Shown piece by piece: positions 36,269-47,750 of a DNA stretch of 64,000 nt. The stretch covers positions 2,232,001 through 2,296,000 of the forward strand of contig NW_027117342.1 of NCBI RefSeq assembly GCF_038025025.1, in the 5' to 3' direction. The notes below the pieces were generated by a model. The model was given only the letters and a program-made list of their open reading frames with translations. It was not told the DNA's origin and did not search any database. The position numbers were made by a program, and so were the translations under genes. The stretch is from Phyllosticta citribraziliensis. Its lineage: Eukaryota. Every line of letters starts with the position of its first letter. Position 1 is the stretch's first letter.

Positions 36269-38624
36269 TCATTGGTGGTCGTAGACCTTCCGGAGCCTAT
36301 CGCGCTGCCACTCGAATGAGGAATAATTTCCAGCAAACACCGATTGCAGGATGCTGGCATCTTTGCGCATCGAACGATCACCTTTGGAAAGCTGCACCAT
36401 GCGGTTATGCAAGGACTCGTAGGCACTCCTGAAGGACGCCAGGACTTTTTCGACATTGTGAGAGCCGGAGGAAATGTCATTTGTGGGCTTGTTTGGATCA
36501 ATGATGGAAAGACGATCTGGCTTCGTCGGTCTGCCATCAACTCCCGTGTAACCCTGTCGTATGTGAGCATTGTGACGACTTCAACGGTCGAAATCGACAA
36601 CATACCTTGCGCTGAAGCTGGGGAGGATTGAGAGAGATCCTCGTGTTGTATATGTTGAACTGGAAGCCGTAGTAGAGCAAGAAGCCCATGAAAATGTCCC
36701 CGAGATGTCTTTCTGGCGACTGGTTGCCGCTCTGAGCAGCAGGAAGATGCTGGAGGTAATGAACCACCATACAAATCACAGAAAAGCCCCCCAGGCCTCC
36801 AGAAAACACCTCGTTGAAATTGCGCATGGCCAAGAAGTGTTTGACGAGGGTGGCAATGACGGGCATCGCCGGGAACTGGGCTTTCCACTCTTTGAATGTT
36901 TCGTTCGCCACTATACCCGTGTTGTTTTCGAAGGACATATCCACTTTGAGGCCCGTCACTCTGTCAACGAGTTTGATGATCGGCACCCTAGCGCCTGCAA
37001 TGACTTCGGTGGATCCTGGCTGTGTCACACCTCCCCTTTCCAAGAGCGATGAAATTCTGTAGAGTTGTTTTTTACTCTGGCCCAGCTGTGGTATGCCAGA
37101 ACCGATAAACTGACGCGACACGAGGACCAAGTCCATGTCCGCCGTGGGGAGGTACAAGCCCGATGCGAATGAACCAAAGGAACGGACAGTAGCGTTGGGA
37201 AAAGTCGGTTCGAGGATCTTGCCGATACGATCAATCAGGCCGAGACGGACATTTTCCTCAATCTCATGGGGCTTGGCATAGTCGTAGAAGTCAGTGACCT
37301 CTTTGTGAAGCCTGTGACCAGGATTAGTTTAAGTATCTGCAGCACAGGCGTCCTTCATGACCTACCAAAGACCCATGTCTTCCGTCCTAGAGTGGTCAAG
37401 AACGCACCACGGAGTGGACGACGTTCCTGAGCGGGGTGCCCATTCTTCAACCACGGCGCCATCAATGACATCGCGCTTCCGCTTCTTACTCTTGTTTGGA
37501 GGAGGGAGCGGCTCAAGCTTCCCGCTGGTGCTCGACTTGGGAGGTGGCGGAGGAGGTGGCCAAGTGTCGAGGCTGCTAATCGGCGCACGAGATTGCACCT
37601 GCACCTGGGACAACGTTGGAGGTGGACCCAAAGAAGCTGCTGTCTGAGGCACCACAGAAGCGGACTTGCCTTGATATGAAGCCATGTTGTCCGGAGCACC
37701 ATTTATCGAGCGGTTGGGATGAAGGTTGTCGAGATGGCTGAAGCGAGGGGCATTGGCGCTGGACGAGCCAGCGCGACCCTGCTCATCAGAGGAAGCGTTG
37801 TCTTCATCTTCGCTCTTTTGCTCCTCTTCATCATCAAAGGTCAGAGAGATGAAATCGGCATTTTGGGTGACTGCGTTGGAAGCCTCGGCGCGGTCCGACG
37901 CCACTTTGGCCTTGCGGATAAGCTTCACGAAATCGCGCTTCTTGGTCTGAGACTCATCAGGCGGCGGTAGGGAGGTGTAAGGGTCAGGATTTGACCAGCG
38001 GGGCACCGCATCAGCGTCGGACTTGTCTTCACTGGCGACGCGGGCTTTTTTGGCAGCCGGCTGCCCATCGCCACGGTGAAGCGGATCTTGTTCGTCACCA
38101 GATTGAGATTCAAGCTCCATCTCTGCTTCCGAGTCGGATACGTCGCTCAGAGCGATGAATTTGGTGGGGCCGTCGTTCATGCCAGCAAATTGTTCGGGAG
38201 TCTTCTCACGGGTAGACTGGAGGATCGGTCGCTCGTGAGGTGCTGGGGGTGGGCGCCAGATGCGGCCAGGCTGGTGGTGTTGTCGCGGTCGGCGGCTATC
38301 GCGCGGCGGCATTCTCCTGTGGGCAGCACCAGCAAAGCGAGACGTGTCACTTGCAGGAAAGCGCATATCGTGGTCGTTTCCTGCGCGAAAGGTAAAGTCG
38401 TTCGGACGGTCACGACCAGGACGATTGCCGTTACGGTCATCGTACGACTGTCCCGGTCTGTACGAATCTCGTCCTGCTCCTCCTCCACCACCACCACCAC
38501 CAAATTGGTACATGGGGGGAGGGTCGCGTCGCGCAGGCGACGGTCGTCGTGAGCGCCCGCCGCCACCATCGCGATGGTTGCGCGAATCGCGTTGACCGTT
38601 GTAGGCAGGCCTGTAACTCGACAT
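36269..38624 (-). CDS. TRF4: Non-canonical poly(A) polymerase of the TRAMP complex (Trf4/Trf5/Cid14); exons 38624-37366, 37311-36606, 36553-36269
   Basis: WLHKEVTDFYDY, FGSFASGLYLPTADMDLV nucleotidyltransferase motif, ARVPIIKLVD...VDMSFEN, NEVFSGGLGGF, LSIIDPNKPTNDIS. Confidence 0.93.
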
Positions 38625-39420
38625 TGCGATCAAGCAGCTGGGCCAGCAAGGGCGTGAGAAGGCCTTGGTGTCAAGACAATGAAACAGTCAGACGAGGCGC
38701 GGACGATGTTTGCGAGAAGCAACTTGGGGGTGGTGGAGAGGGTGGCGTTGTGGTGCGAGGGAGACAAGAGGTCGAAGGGAAGGACGGGAGGCACGAGCTG
38801 TTGAGTGACGAAAATAATGTTGCGCCGGGAAGTCGCGTCGGTTCCGTCCGCTCGCAAGACACCGCTTACGTCACGCCATGCACGGCAAAGGTTTCCTGCA
38901 GCCACTGGAGAGCCGCACTAGGCGTTTGCCTTTTGATATGTACATGTTCAAGCACAATCTGTACACAATGGCGTACGCATGGACTCAACGATTCTTGTCA
39001 GAAGCAGCGAATTCGGCGAATCTATGCACCAACGTTGAATCCACATGATCAAATCCAGAGACTATGGTTGACGCAATGGACAATTGAGTCGCAAATAAGC
39101 AATCAGCACAGCGACACTGCAGAGAATTTGAAATCCCATAAGCAAACGGAGGCTAGATGTTGGAACGCCCTTTGGTTGTGGATATAATACAGTTGTTAGG
39201 AGTGGAAATATGATCCTCTTGGGTCTCTTCATGTGTCTTCAAGTTATCACATCCGGACCGCAAAACCCCAAGCCGCAACGCCCAAACTCCTTGCTTATGC
39301 CATGCAGTGCCACGCTTGCTCGAGAGAAACAAACAGCGGAGCCGGATGCCGAAAGGCCACGCCCACCGGCTGGATGAAAACGAAATGGTTGGCCATGGTG
39401 ACTGGCGAATGTGTTATCCA

Positions 39421-39891
39421 CTACCGGTCCTTGTATACCTTGGGTTTCCAGCCTTCTTTTAGCTCCGTCTCGCGCTCAGCGGCCTCTTGGGCGGTCCGAA
39501 CTTCCATCTCTATCCTTTCCCGGGCTCGCAGAATCTTGCTCTGAAGGTAGAAGCTTCCTCCTCTCTTCGGGTCGTTTATGTCAAACAGCTTTTTGAAGCG
39601 TTCGAGAACCTGCTCCATGTCGGTCTGTCCTCCCTTTGGCGGCGAAACGTTGAGGATCCTGCAGGCTTCGTCGAGGGTGAGACCGGAGGCGGAAAAGGTC
39701 TTTGCGGCATTTGGATTCTTGGAATTGGCTTGAGCATATTTTTGCGAAGCTGCGGCCTGCTTCCAGGCTTCGGTGAAGGCGCGTCCAAAGACACGGCCGC
39801 CGGTGACGAGGACCTGGGTGATGATGCGGTGTGCCTGGAGAGGAAGAATTAGCGGGGGGTTGAAACAAGGCAGGAGAGCGAGCAGTACCAT
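39421..39891 (-). CDS. PAM16: Mitochondrial import motor subunit Pam16/Tim16; exons 39891-39889 (ATG only), 39834-39421
   Basis: M|AHRIITQVLVTGGRVFGRAFTEAWKQA, LTLDEACRILNV, GGSFYLQSKILRARERIE. Confidence 0.95.
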   Translation of the reverse strand: MVLLALLPCFNPPLILPLQAHRIITQVLVTGGRVFGRAFTEAWKQAAASQKYAQANSKNPNAAKTFSASGLTLDEACRILNVSPPKGGQTDMEQVLERFKKLFDINDPKRGGSFYLQSKILRARERIEMEVRTAQEAAERETELKEGWKPKVYKDR

Positions 39892-40517
39892 GGCTGAGAT
39901 CAAGGGACCAGCGACGGACAGGAGTGACGGCGAGGCCAAAATTTCCTGGAGGCGACGGACTGCGCAGATCGGGATGGAGGACGAACTCAAGGCGGCGTCG
40001 GCGAAAAGCGCATCGAGACTCCGTTCGGACGTGCACGTGACGAGGGCTCAACACCGCCGGCGCCCGTCCGTGCGGCAAGTCGAGGTGGTCCAAAGGAATG
40101 GAATGCCGTCGACACACGCAGAGAACAGTTCGACTCGACACGGATGAGCGCATGCGTTTGGCCCGAGACGTCGTCATGCCTCCAGCGACCCTGCAACCTT
40201 GAAACAAGAAATCAGGCCAGTCCTATTGGGCCGCGCAGCCGTTGTAGCACCTAGTCCTAGGTAAACCTCCATCTATCACATGGGCCGACATCATCGCCTC
40301 AATCGGGTCACCAGCTGGCCGCGCGCGGAGAGCTTGCATATATCCATCGCCGTTATTCCATCATCAGTTGGGCCGCGTGCCTCTACAACGACAGTACCGA
40401 CTACACAGCCTCTCGCACGGCAGGTTATAGCGAGTAGCGCTGGCTCCGATCCTGACGTCCGCTGCTGTGCTGCTGCCCTCGGCGTAATGCTCTAAAGGCA
40501 GTCAACTGGGTGCCTGC

Positions 40518-42276
40518 ATGGCCGCACTCGGCAAGCCTCTCGACCATCTCGAGTACCGTCATGGTTCGACGCCCTAACATTGCCAACAGATACTCCGTGG
40601 ACTACTCAAATGTCCTCGCCACGTTCCAATAGGGACGGCTCCCCGACTCGCGTTGGGGACGCTCCGCCGACTCGCGCCGCCTTCTCTCCAACCACTCTGG
40701 GCCATTACCCTGCCGCCGCAAAGCATCGCTCCACCATTCTCGTCCACCAAAAGTCGCCGTTGCTCGTCGCCACTCCACCTCAAGTCACTCGCGCCCTCGC
40801 CTACTCCTATCCCTTTGTCTCGCCGCTCAACAAGATTGTTGGCCTGCTATCATGGACGACGGGCGACCCGTGGGAGAGCTTCTTGTTTCTGGCAGGATTC
40901 TGGGCCATAACGCTGTATGGCAACATAATAGTTCGCTATGCCGGCCCCATAGTCGTCGTCGCGGCTCTGATCTTGGGCATGTACGCCCGCCGCTACTCGC
41001 CACTGTCTTCTACTGGGTGGACGGGAGAAAAGACCACGGGACGAAAGAGAGGGGATTCTGAGGGCGCTACGCCTCATCACAAGAGCCTAGAGGAAATCGT
41101 GGACTCGCTGAAGCTGTTTACGTCAAGATGCAACATCCTGCTAGACCCATTTATACGGCTGACGGACTTTCTCTCGACCCAGCGGACCGCGACGTCTGCA
41201 ACCACCAGGCCTGCCCTTACCTCGCTCTTCATCCGCATCCTCCTAGTCACTCCTTTTTGGGTGCTTCTCACTCTACCTCCGCCTCCATGGCGCATCATTA
41301 CAACAAAGAGAGTTGTTCTCGCACTTGGCACTACGGCCTTGAGCTGGCACTCGCGACCAGCACGCGTAACGCGCATAATCCTGTGGCGATCCAAACTCAT
41401 CAGGCGATCCATTGAAATCATCACGGGTCTAGACGTTGGAGCGCCGACTACGCAATCGCTCAAGCGGAAGCCTGTCCCGCGCAACAAGGAGACAAACAAG
41501 GACGCGAATGCGATTGCAGCATCATTTGCCGCCAAACGCAACGTTGAATCTCCTCGCGTTCGGTTCACATTCACATTGTGGGAAAACCAACGCCGCTGGC
41601 TGGGCATAGGCTGGACCTCGCATTTGCTCTCATATGAGCGTGCTTCGTGGACAGACGAACATCTGAACCCATCCGATGATCTCGAGCACTTTGAGTTGCC
41701 AGAGGTCGAAGGAGGGCACGCCGTGTGGAGATGGGTCGAAGGCAGCGAATGGACCGTCGAGGGTCCAGAAGGCGAGGACAAGTGGATTTACTACGATAAC
41801 AAGGTAGCGTAGCCCCCCTTCTGCGTCGATGACGACCGAGCTGATGAGTGTAGTGGAGAGACGGCCGACAAGGCCAGGACGGTTGGGGACGCTATACCCG
41901 CCGGCGCAAGTGGTGCCGCGACGCTGAGCTCGTTGAACTCACCTCATCGACTGAAGTCACGCCGACGCCTACACCACGACCGGCCTATGCCGAATCAACC
42001 ACCACATTGGTATCGGACGCCTCTAAATCAGATGTAAGCTTGTCCGAACGAACCGATACGATCCAGGATGATGCTCAAAGCGATGGAAAAGTCCGCAGAA
42101 GGACGTGGTTAGGACAACGACGGGCTAGCAAGACGGCAAGCGAAAAAAGCAATGCCAGCGGCAGCATGAAAAGCATCGAGTCGGAGCTGCGAGGCGACGA
42201 AGACGACGTGCTTCCGTATCAAGAGCAATCGTCGGAGTATGGTCTGGGAGACGATGCAAAGATGGGATTGAGTTGA
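40518..42276 (+). CDS. Peroxin of the Pex23/Pex24/Pex30 family (membrane region plus dysferlin motif); exons 40518-40530 (GC donor, tentative), 40590-41803, 41854-42276
   Basis: SPLLVATPPQVTRAL, GLLSWT; RFTFTLWENQRRWLGIGWT...ERASWTDE...WRWV...WIYYDNK|W...YTRRRKWCRDAELV dysferlin signature. Confidence 0.88.
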
Positions 42277-43516
42277 AATGATGCATGTTTGGCGAGGGCG
42301 CTTTGCTGGCGTTGCATTTCCGGCCTTGGAATCACCGTGGGCTCTCATTCCTATGGCTTTTGGCGGTCAGGGCGTTACAATGGACGGCAGCTTCTCCGCA
42401 GGTGGCTGGCGAAGGGAATGTTGCTTGTGATGGAGAAGCAGTGGCAGACGGCGTTTCTAGTGCTCACTGCATGAGGGCAGTGATAACAGCGACTACGGCG
42501 CCACAACCACTTGCAGGCTGGTTGGCCACCGAGTATCTTTTTTGCCTGGGCAATTGCATTCCAACATGGCTCCCGAGCAATAGCCTTGGATTCCCGCTTC
42601 ATGCGCAAGACGCCAACAATTGACATGTCCTTTGTACACGGGACTAGCAAGCCTCACCGTGGCCGCCAGGCGAATGAGGATGGAGGCGAGCCATGGATGA
42701 ATTGGTAAAGATACGGCGGGAGCTGACTTTCAACGCGCGGATTAGCAGACCGGAATGCAAGATGGGCAGGCTTGCATGACCGGCAAAGCTTCTATCAAAG
42801 GTAAGAATTATGCCGCTCACGAGCCAAAGGGTCATCAGCCAGTTCCAGTCGAGACGAGTCGAGCCTGGCCACGCCGCCGACTCCTCCGAGCGCAGCAGCT
42901 GCCAATCGACGTCGACGGCGAGGCGCCACGGCTCTACAGATTACCTGACGCGCGTGGACTGGGTATCGCTGCGTAGATTTTGCAGCTCTTTTCGGTCAAA
43001 GGAGCATCCCGGCTCTATCTCGTGGGCACCCAACTACTCCAGGCCATCGAGCCGTTCCGCGCCCTGCACACGTCGGCTGACAGGCTGACTGCAGCAAAGA
43101 CGACCAATGCGAAGAGCCGGGCGGTCGACCTGGGTCCCAAAGACGTTAGCCTCACATCCCACGTCCCACAGTGACGACGGCCACAGTCCCACACCAAGAC
43201 GCCCCCCACCATGCCCCTCACCACCATGACCACCACGCGCCGACTGGACAAGCCCCGCACTTCCGGCCGCCGACTGTACGCCCGCTCTTTGTCGAGCTGC
43301 ATCAGCAGCCAGCAGCCAGCAGCCAGAGAGAAGCAATTGCTGCTGAAGGCCATCGTCACCTGCTGGGCTGGCAAAGAAACTCTCCCTGCCCGTGGCCCAG
43401 GTGCATCAAGGCGGCCGGGATGCATGTGGGAGCTCATGACAGGCAGGCGGGCTGCACGCCAAGCTGCTGCGGAAGTTGTAGGAGCAACTGAATTGCCCAG
43501 CCAGACGACGCACAAG

Positions 43517-43527
43517 TATATATAAAT
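43517..43527 (+). promoter_or_regulatory. TATA box of metallothionein-like gene 1
   Basis: TATATATAAAT about 110 bp upstream of ATG 43636, followed by a CT-rich stretch and a CA-rich leader ending CATCAAAATG. Confidence 0.75.
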
Positions 43528-43635
43528 GGTCCAAAGGCTGTCGAAACTCTTCTCTTCATCCGACTCAAGCTCCTCTACAATCCAACAGACACTTGAAGCT
43601 TCTCAGCAAATCCAACCCCAAACCAACCCATCAAA

Positions 43636-43929
43636 ATGAACCCCTGGTACGCGGGACTCCCATTGCCCCCCTCCTCTCTCGACACTGCAACATGCTTTGC
43701 ACCCACTCTGTCCCATCCCCCACCTCTCCCACTACCACCACCGCCGTCTAGTCGTCGTCCCTACCGCAGGGCTTAGGCACAGAAACATGCAGCTAACACT
43801 AGCCTCTCCCACAGCAACTGCCAGACTTGCTCCCACAACGGCGGCCAGTGCTCCGGCTGCTCGTGCTGCAAGGTACGCGTCCACTCATCCAAGCTCGCGG
43901 ACGGGCAAACTAACGCACCGCAGCACTAA
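43636..43929 (+). CDS. Metallothionein-like micropeptide 1, 24 aa MNPCNCQTCSHNGGQCSGCSCCKH; exons 43636-43646, 43815-43872, 43924-43929
   Basis: Donors GTACGC (43647, 43873), CTAAC branch points and CAG acceptors (43814, 43923); 7 Cys and 2 His in CxC/CxxC/CC motifs; nearly all codons end in C/G; strong start context and TATA box. Confidence 0.85.
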
Positions 43930-44829
43930 GCGGCTCGCCGCCTCCCATCCCATGCCGTCCATTCGTTCTCGCTCGCTCCTCCACCTAGCATCATGTCAAC
44001 AACAACAACAACAACACGGCCTCGATCGACCATGACACTATTCGTCGTCGTCGTCGTTCAGTGACGTACGCTGTCTGTCTCTCTGCCTGTCTGTCGGCTC
44101 CCGTCTGCACGCACCCCGCACCACCCATCCTTTATGACCGCCCGCGCCTCCCACGCTCCTTTGGCTGCTCGTCGGCGGGGCGTGTATTCGGGACGAACGA
44201 ACGAACGACAGAAGGCAGCACTGCACCTCTTCAAGGCAGGCAGCGGAAAGGGTCGTGTTTTGCTAGTCCCGTGGGGAGGAGAGGGAAACATAGATTACTT
44301 CATCGGCAATTATTCAACCGGCTTTGGGATGGCTGAGTGTCTTTTTTCTAATTCTTCTACTTGTCCGGGTACGCGCAACGGTACTCTTGGGTTTTTGGGG
44401 AGGATGACTTTTTTTGGAGTGGGAATATCAGTCACTCGTTGAATGTCTTGTGTGTCCTGGTTGTGATTATGTCGTGCCGTGACTTGACCGCCATGGTCGA
44501 TGTGTGCTTCTTGTGACACCCCAATCTTTGAGGCTGGAAGAGGAGAGCGTGGGCTTGGGAGGCTTGATCGTCACGTCACGTTCACAGGCACGCAGTTGCG
44601 CTTTCAAGTAGTTTCGGCATCTCTCATCTCATTCGTAAAGCGACTAGGTAAAGGTAGCCATCAGGGCGGAGGTCGATGGTATGCATGCATGCAAGCAACT
44701 GCAGCCAGCGAACCAAAAGCAGCGCGTCCCAATCATCCGTCTAGAAGAACCGGCATTGTTTTGTTTGTTTTGTTTTCATGTTGTTGGTGAGGCGACGGTT
44801 GGCGTATGCCGGGATATGGGGGGGTTGGC

Positions 44830-45064
44830 TTATTTCTATTGTTCGCGGGTTAGCTTTGGTGTGCTGGCAGTGGGAGATTGCTCGTGGTGGTGAGTGGCGA
44901 GTGTTGATGCTGGTGAGTTGGCGCGGGGTATGGGGAGGTAGGGCACGGGGAGGGACATGGAGGAGCTAAGGGCAGCGGGCATGTGAAGGGTGACGTACGC
45001 CGCAGGTGCAGCTGGTGCCGCAGGCGCAGGAAGAGCCGCAGGAGCAAGAGTGGTCGGGAGACAT
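44830..45064 (-). CDS. Metallothionein-like micropeptide 2, 23 aa MSPDHSCSCGSSCACGTSCTCGK; exons 45064-44999, 44835-44830
   Basis: CA-rich leader ...CAATCAATCATG; three CxC motifs (6 Cys); donor GTACGT at 44998, GCTAAC branch, TAG acceptor at 44836, final exon AAA TAA. Confidence 0.85.
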
Positions 45065-45994
45065 GATTGATTGTTGGAGGGGTTGTTGATTCCGTAGAAT
45101 AAAAAGGTCGTCGAGGGTGTGTAGGAGGAGGTGGTTGGATGGATGACGGTCAGCAGAGAGGGCGCGGAGGAGAGGGTCTTTTTATTCTTCAAGAGGGCCC
45201 TCGAGCGTGAGGCTGGACCCTGCACACAGCCTCCACTTGCCCTGAGCTGAGCTGACTGCCGTGCCGTGGAGAGCGCCCGCCAACTGCCAACCCAAGGAAG
45301 TCCTGGCCGCCCGCCGCCCGCCTGACGCCCCTTTGCCGCACTAATCCCGCAGCCGACCGGTCACTACTTCGGCTCGCTGCCCTGTGCGCGCACCATGGGC
45401 CCGGCGGAAGCGCCCGTGGCTAGCTGAGGTCTGTGTCTCCCGTCCAATCCGCACAAACAACTCAGGTCAACCACAAAGCCAACAGGGAGTAAATAAGAGA
45501 TACACACATGCGCCTCTACCTAGTCGCCACTACTACCACTCCATCTCGCCCTCTCCCAACCATTGCCGTCTGTCTGTCGCCACCCGCTCTCGCCCGCTCA
45601 GGTTCCCGGCCGAGTCTTCCCGCATCAGAAGACTGCAGCCAGTGCGGTGCTCCAGTCGCATGACAGCCATGACACCACCCCGTACGTCATCCTCCCGACC
45701 ACTCGCCAACCAGCCGAGAGCACTCAGTCGCTTGCCCCAGACAAAGTTACATGTAATCACTCACTTACATACATACCAAGCGGGCATCCTGACGCTCGTT
45801 CGTTCGTTCGCCTGTCTCTGCTCCTGAATCCTCATCCTGCCATCCATCCATCTTGCGCTGTCATCATAACTCCCTCTTTCTCGCTCCCTCTTTCCTCCTA
45901 CACCACCACCACCTTACGTACGTACGTACTCTCGTCCTCTCTCCTACCCTCTGCGCACTGTGATTTGCTCGGTAAAACTACAGTACCCATGTGG

Positions 45995-45996
<2 letters not shown>

Positions 45997-46024
<28 letters not shown>
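45997..46024 (+). repeat. Poly-G homopolymer (28 nt)
   Basis: Read directly. Confidence 0.9.
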
Positions 46025-46025
<1 letters not shown>

Positions 46026-47750
46026 CGGCAACAAATAACCCGTGAGAACGACGGCCCCGCCTCTCGAGTACATAAACGACCCCTCGTTGAAACCCAGTTG
46101 TACGAGTGCATGCGCCGCCGCGCGCTGCTGGTTGGTCTAGACCAACCACGGGGGAGGCGGCGAGGCACGAGGTTGAAATATGAAATGCACAAATGCTCCC
46201 TCTTGGCAGACGTTCTTCGGAGAGTTGCTCCAGAAGGAACGTATGTAAAGGGCACTCAATGATTTCAGACATATGTGGAGTGGTAGGTACCAGTTGGGAG
46301 ACACGCAACCATTTTCGGGCAGATCGAAACCAACGAGGAAGAGGGGGGAAAAGGAAAAAAAAGAGAATCGACCGCGCTTGCCGACCTCTCTCCTACTTCC
46401 CCGGCCCTCAGGTTGGCTGGCCCCCCGAATCCACCTATCAGAGATCCGCGTGCTCGTGCTCGACTGCTCGTGCGGCTCCACTTCTCCGCCCCTCCACTCG
46501 CTCCTTCTCCTCCCTCGCTAAGGCTATCCTTTTACATAAGGTATGTCAGAGTTCCTGCGCCGCAACCTACCTACACCCGCCACTTTGCAGTCCATCTGTT
46601 GGTATACCTGTAGCATCGTATGTTTGTAGCAACAACGTCGTCCTTCCGCCGTCTCTCTGCTCTTGTTCGGTCCTGTCCGTCTTTCCCATACCTGCCTACC
46701 TACCTACCGGCCACTCCCGCGGCATCCAACATGACTTTCGGCATGGCAAGAAAAACAAGATCACCAGCCGACCCATGTACATCAATCTCAAGTCGAGTCA
46801 AGTTGACATCCACATTAAACCCATTCATCCATTCATTAATTTTCTGTCTGCCCTGCTGCGCCCGCCCCTTCCACATAAATCCTCATCCACAGCAACGCAC
46901 GCCCTTTTTAGCTTGGAAACTTCGGCGTCTGCAATTGAAGAACGATCATGGAAGAAATAGGAAAACCAAGCCACAGGCGCAATGAAATCACAACCCGGAA
47001 CGGAAAGGACTCAAGAAAAGGAAGGGCTCCCGACTCCAGCCGGTCCATTGCATTACATCGCATTGCAGTTCAGCCTCAACGGCAACAGCATCAAAGCACA
47101 GCAGACAGGCAGGACCGTCCCGTAGCTAGCTCCGGCCGCGTCCACCGCCGCCAGCGCGTGGAAAGGATTGATGCAAGATATGCGATGACGCAGGTCAAGG
47201 AAAAAAGGACCATCAAGGCATGAATGGACCAAGATCGAAAAAGCAATAATGCAACGCACGCTTTTCGCCCACGGTTCCAAGTGAGCCAGGCAATTCCTTC
47301 TCCACCACCACCACCACCCACCGTTGCTGCCATATGGCGATGAGGTGTGGCATGGTTGGCCCAATCAAAGTCGTTGTGGTTGCCTCGTCATCACACCACT
47401 ACCAACACCTCTTCGCGAGTTGCCACCAGTAAAGCGATGGTGGCCGATCGTCTGCTTGTTTGCTTGCTTGATAGCTTTCTTACTTGCCCCAGACACGCCT
47501 GAAATATCCCTGGTCGGTCCGTCAGTAGTCGAGACGTCAGTCGACCACGCTCCCGGACCGATGCGCACATGCATGTGTGACGATAAGCACCGCTGGGCGG
47601 GCGGCCTGCATTGCCTGTATGTAGGCGACAGTCACTCGCATCAGCAGCCGGCCTCCCAGCGTGCCCGTCGAATCCAGCATCCAGTCGCGCGCGCAGGATA
47701 AGAGACCGTTGGAAATCTTTTGATCGCGGACAGAGCCCCGAGACCCTTTC

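Noticed and set aside
40561..40576. GGTTCGA T-loop-like motif (also at ~35852 and ~55903)
   Set aside because: No T-stem pairing or cloverleaf; no tRNA supported.
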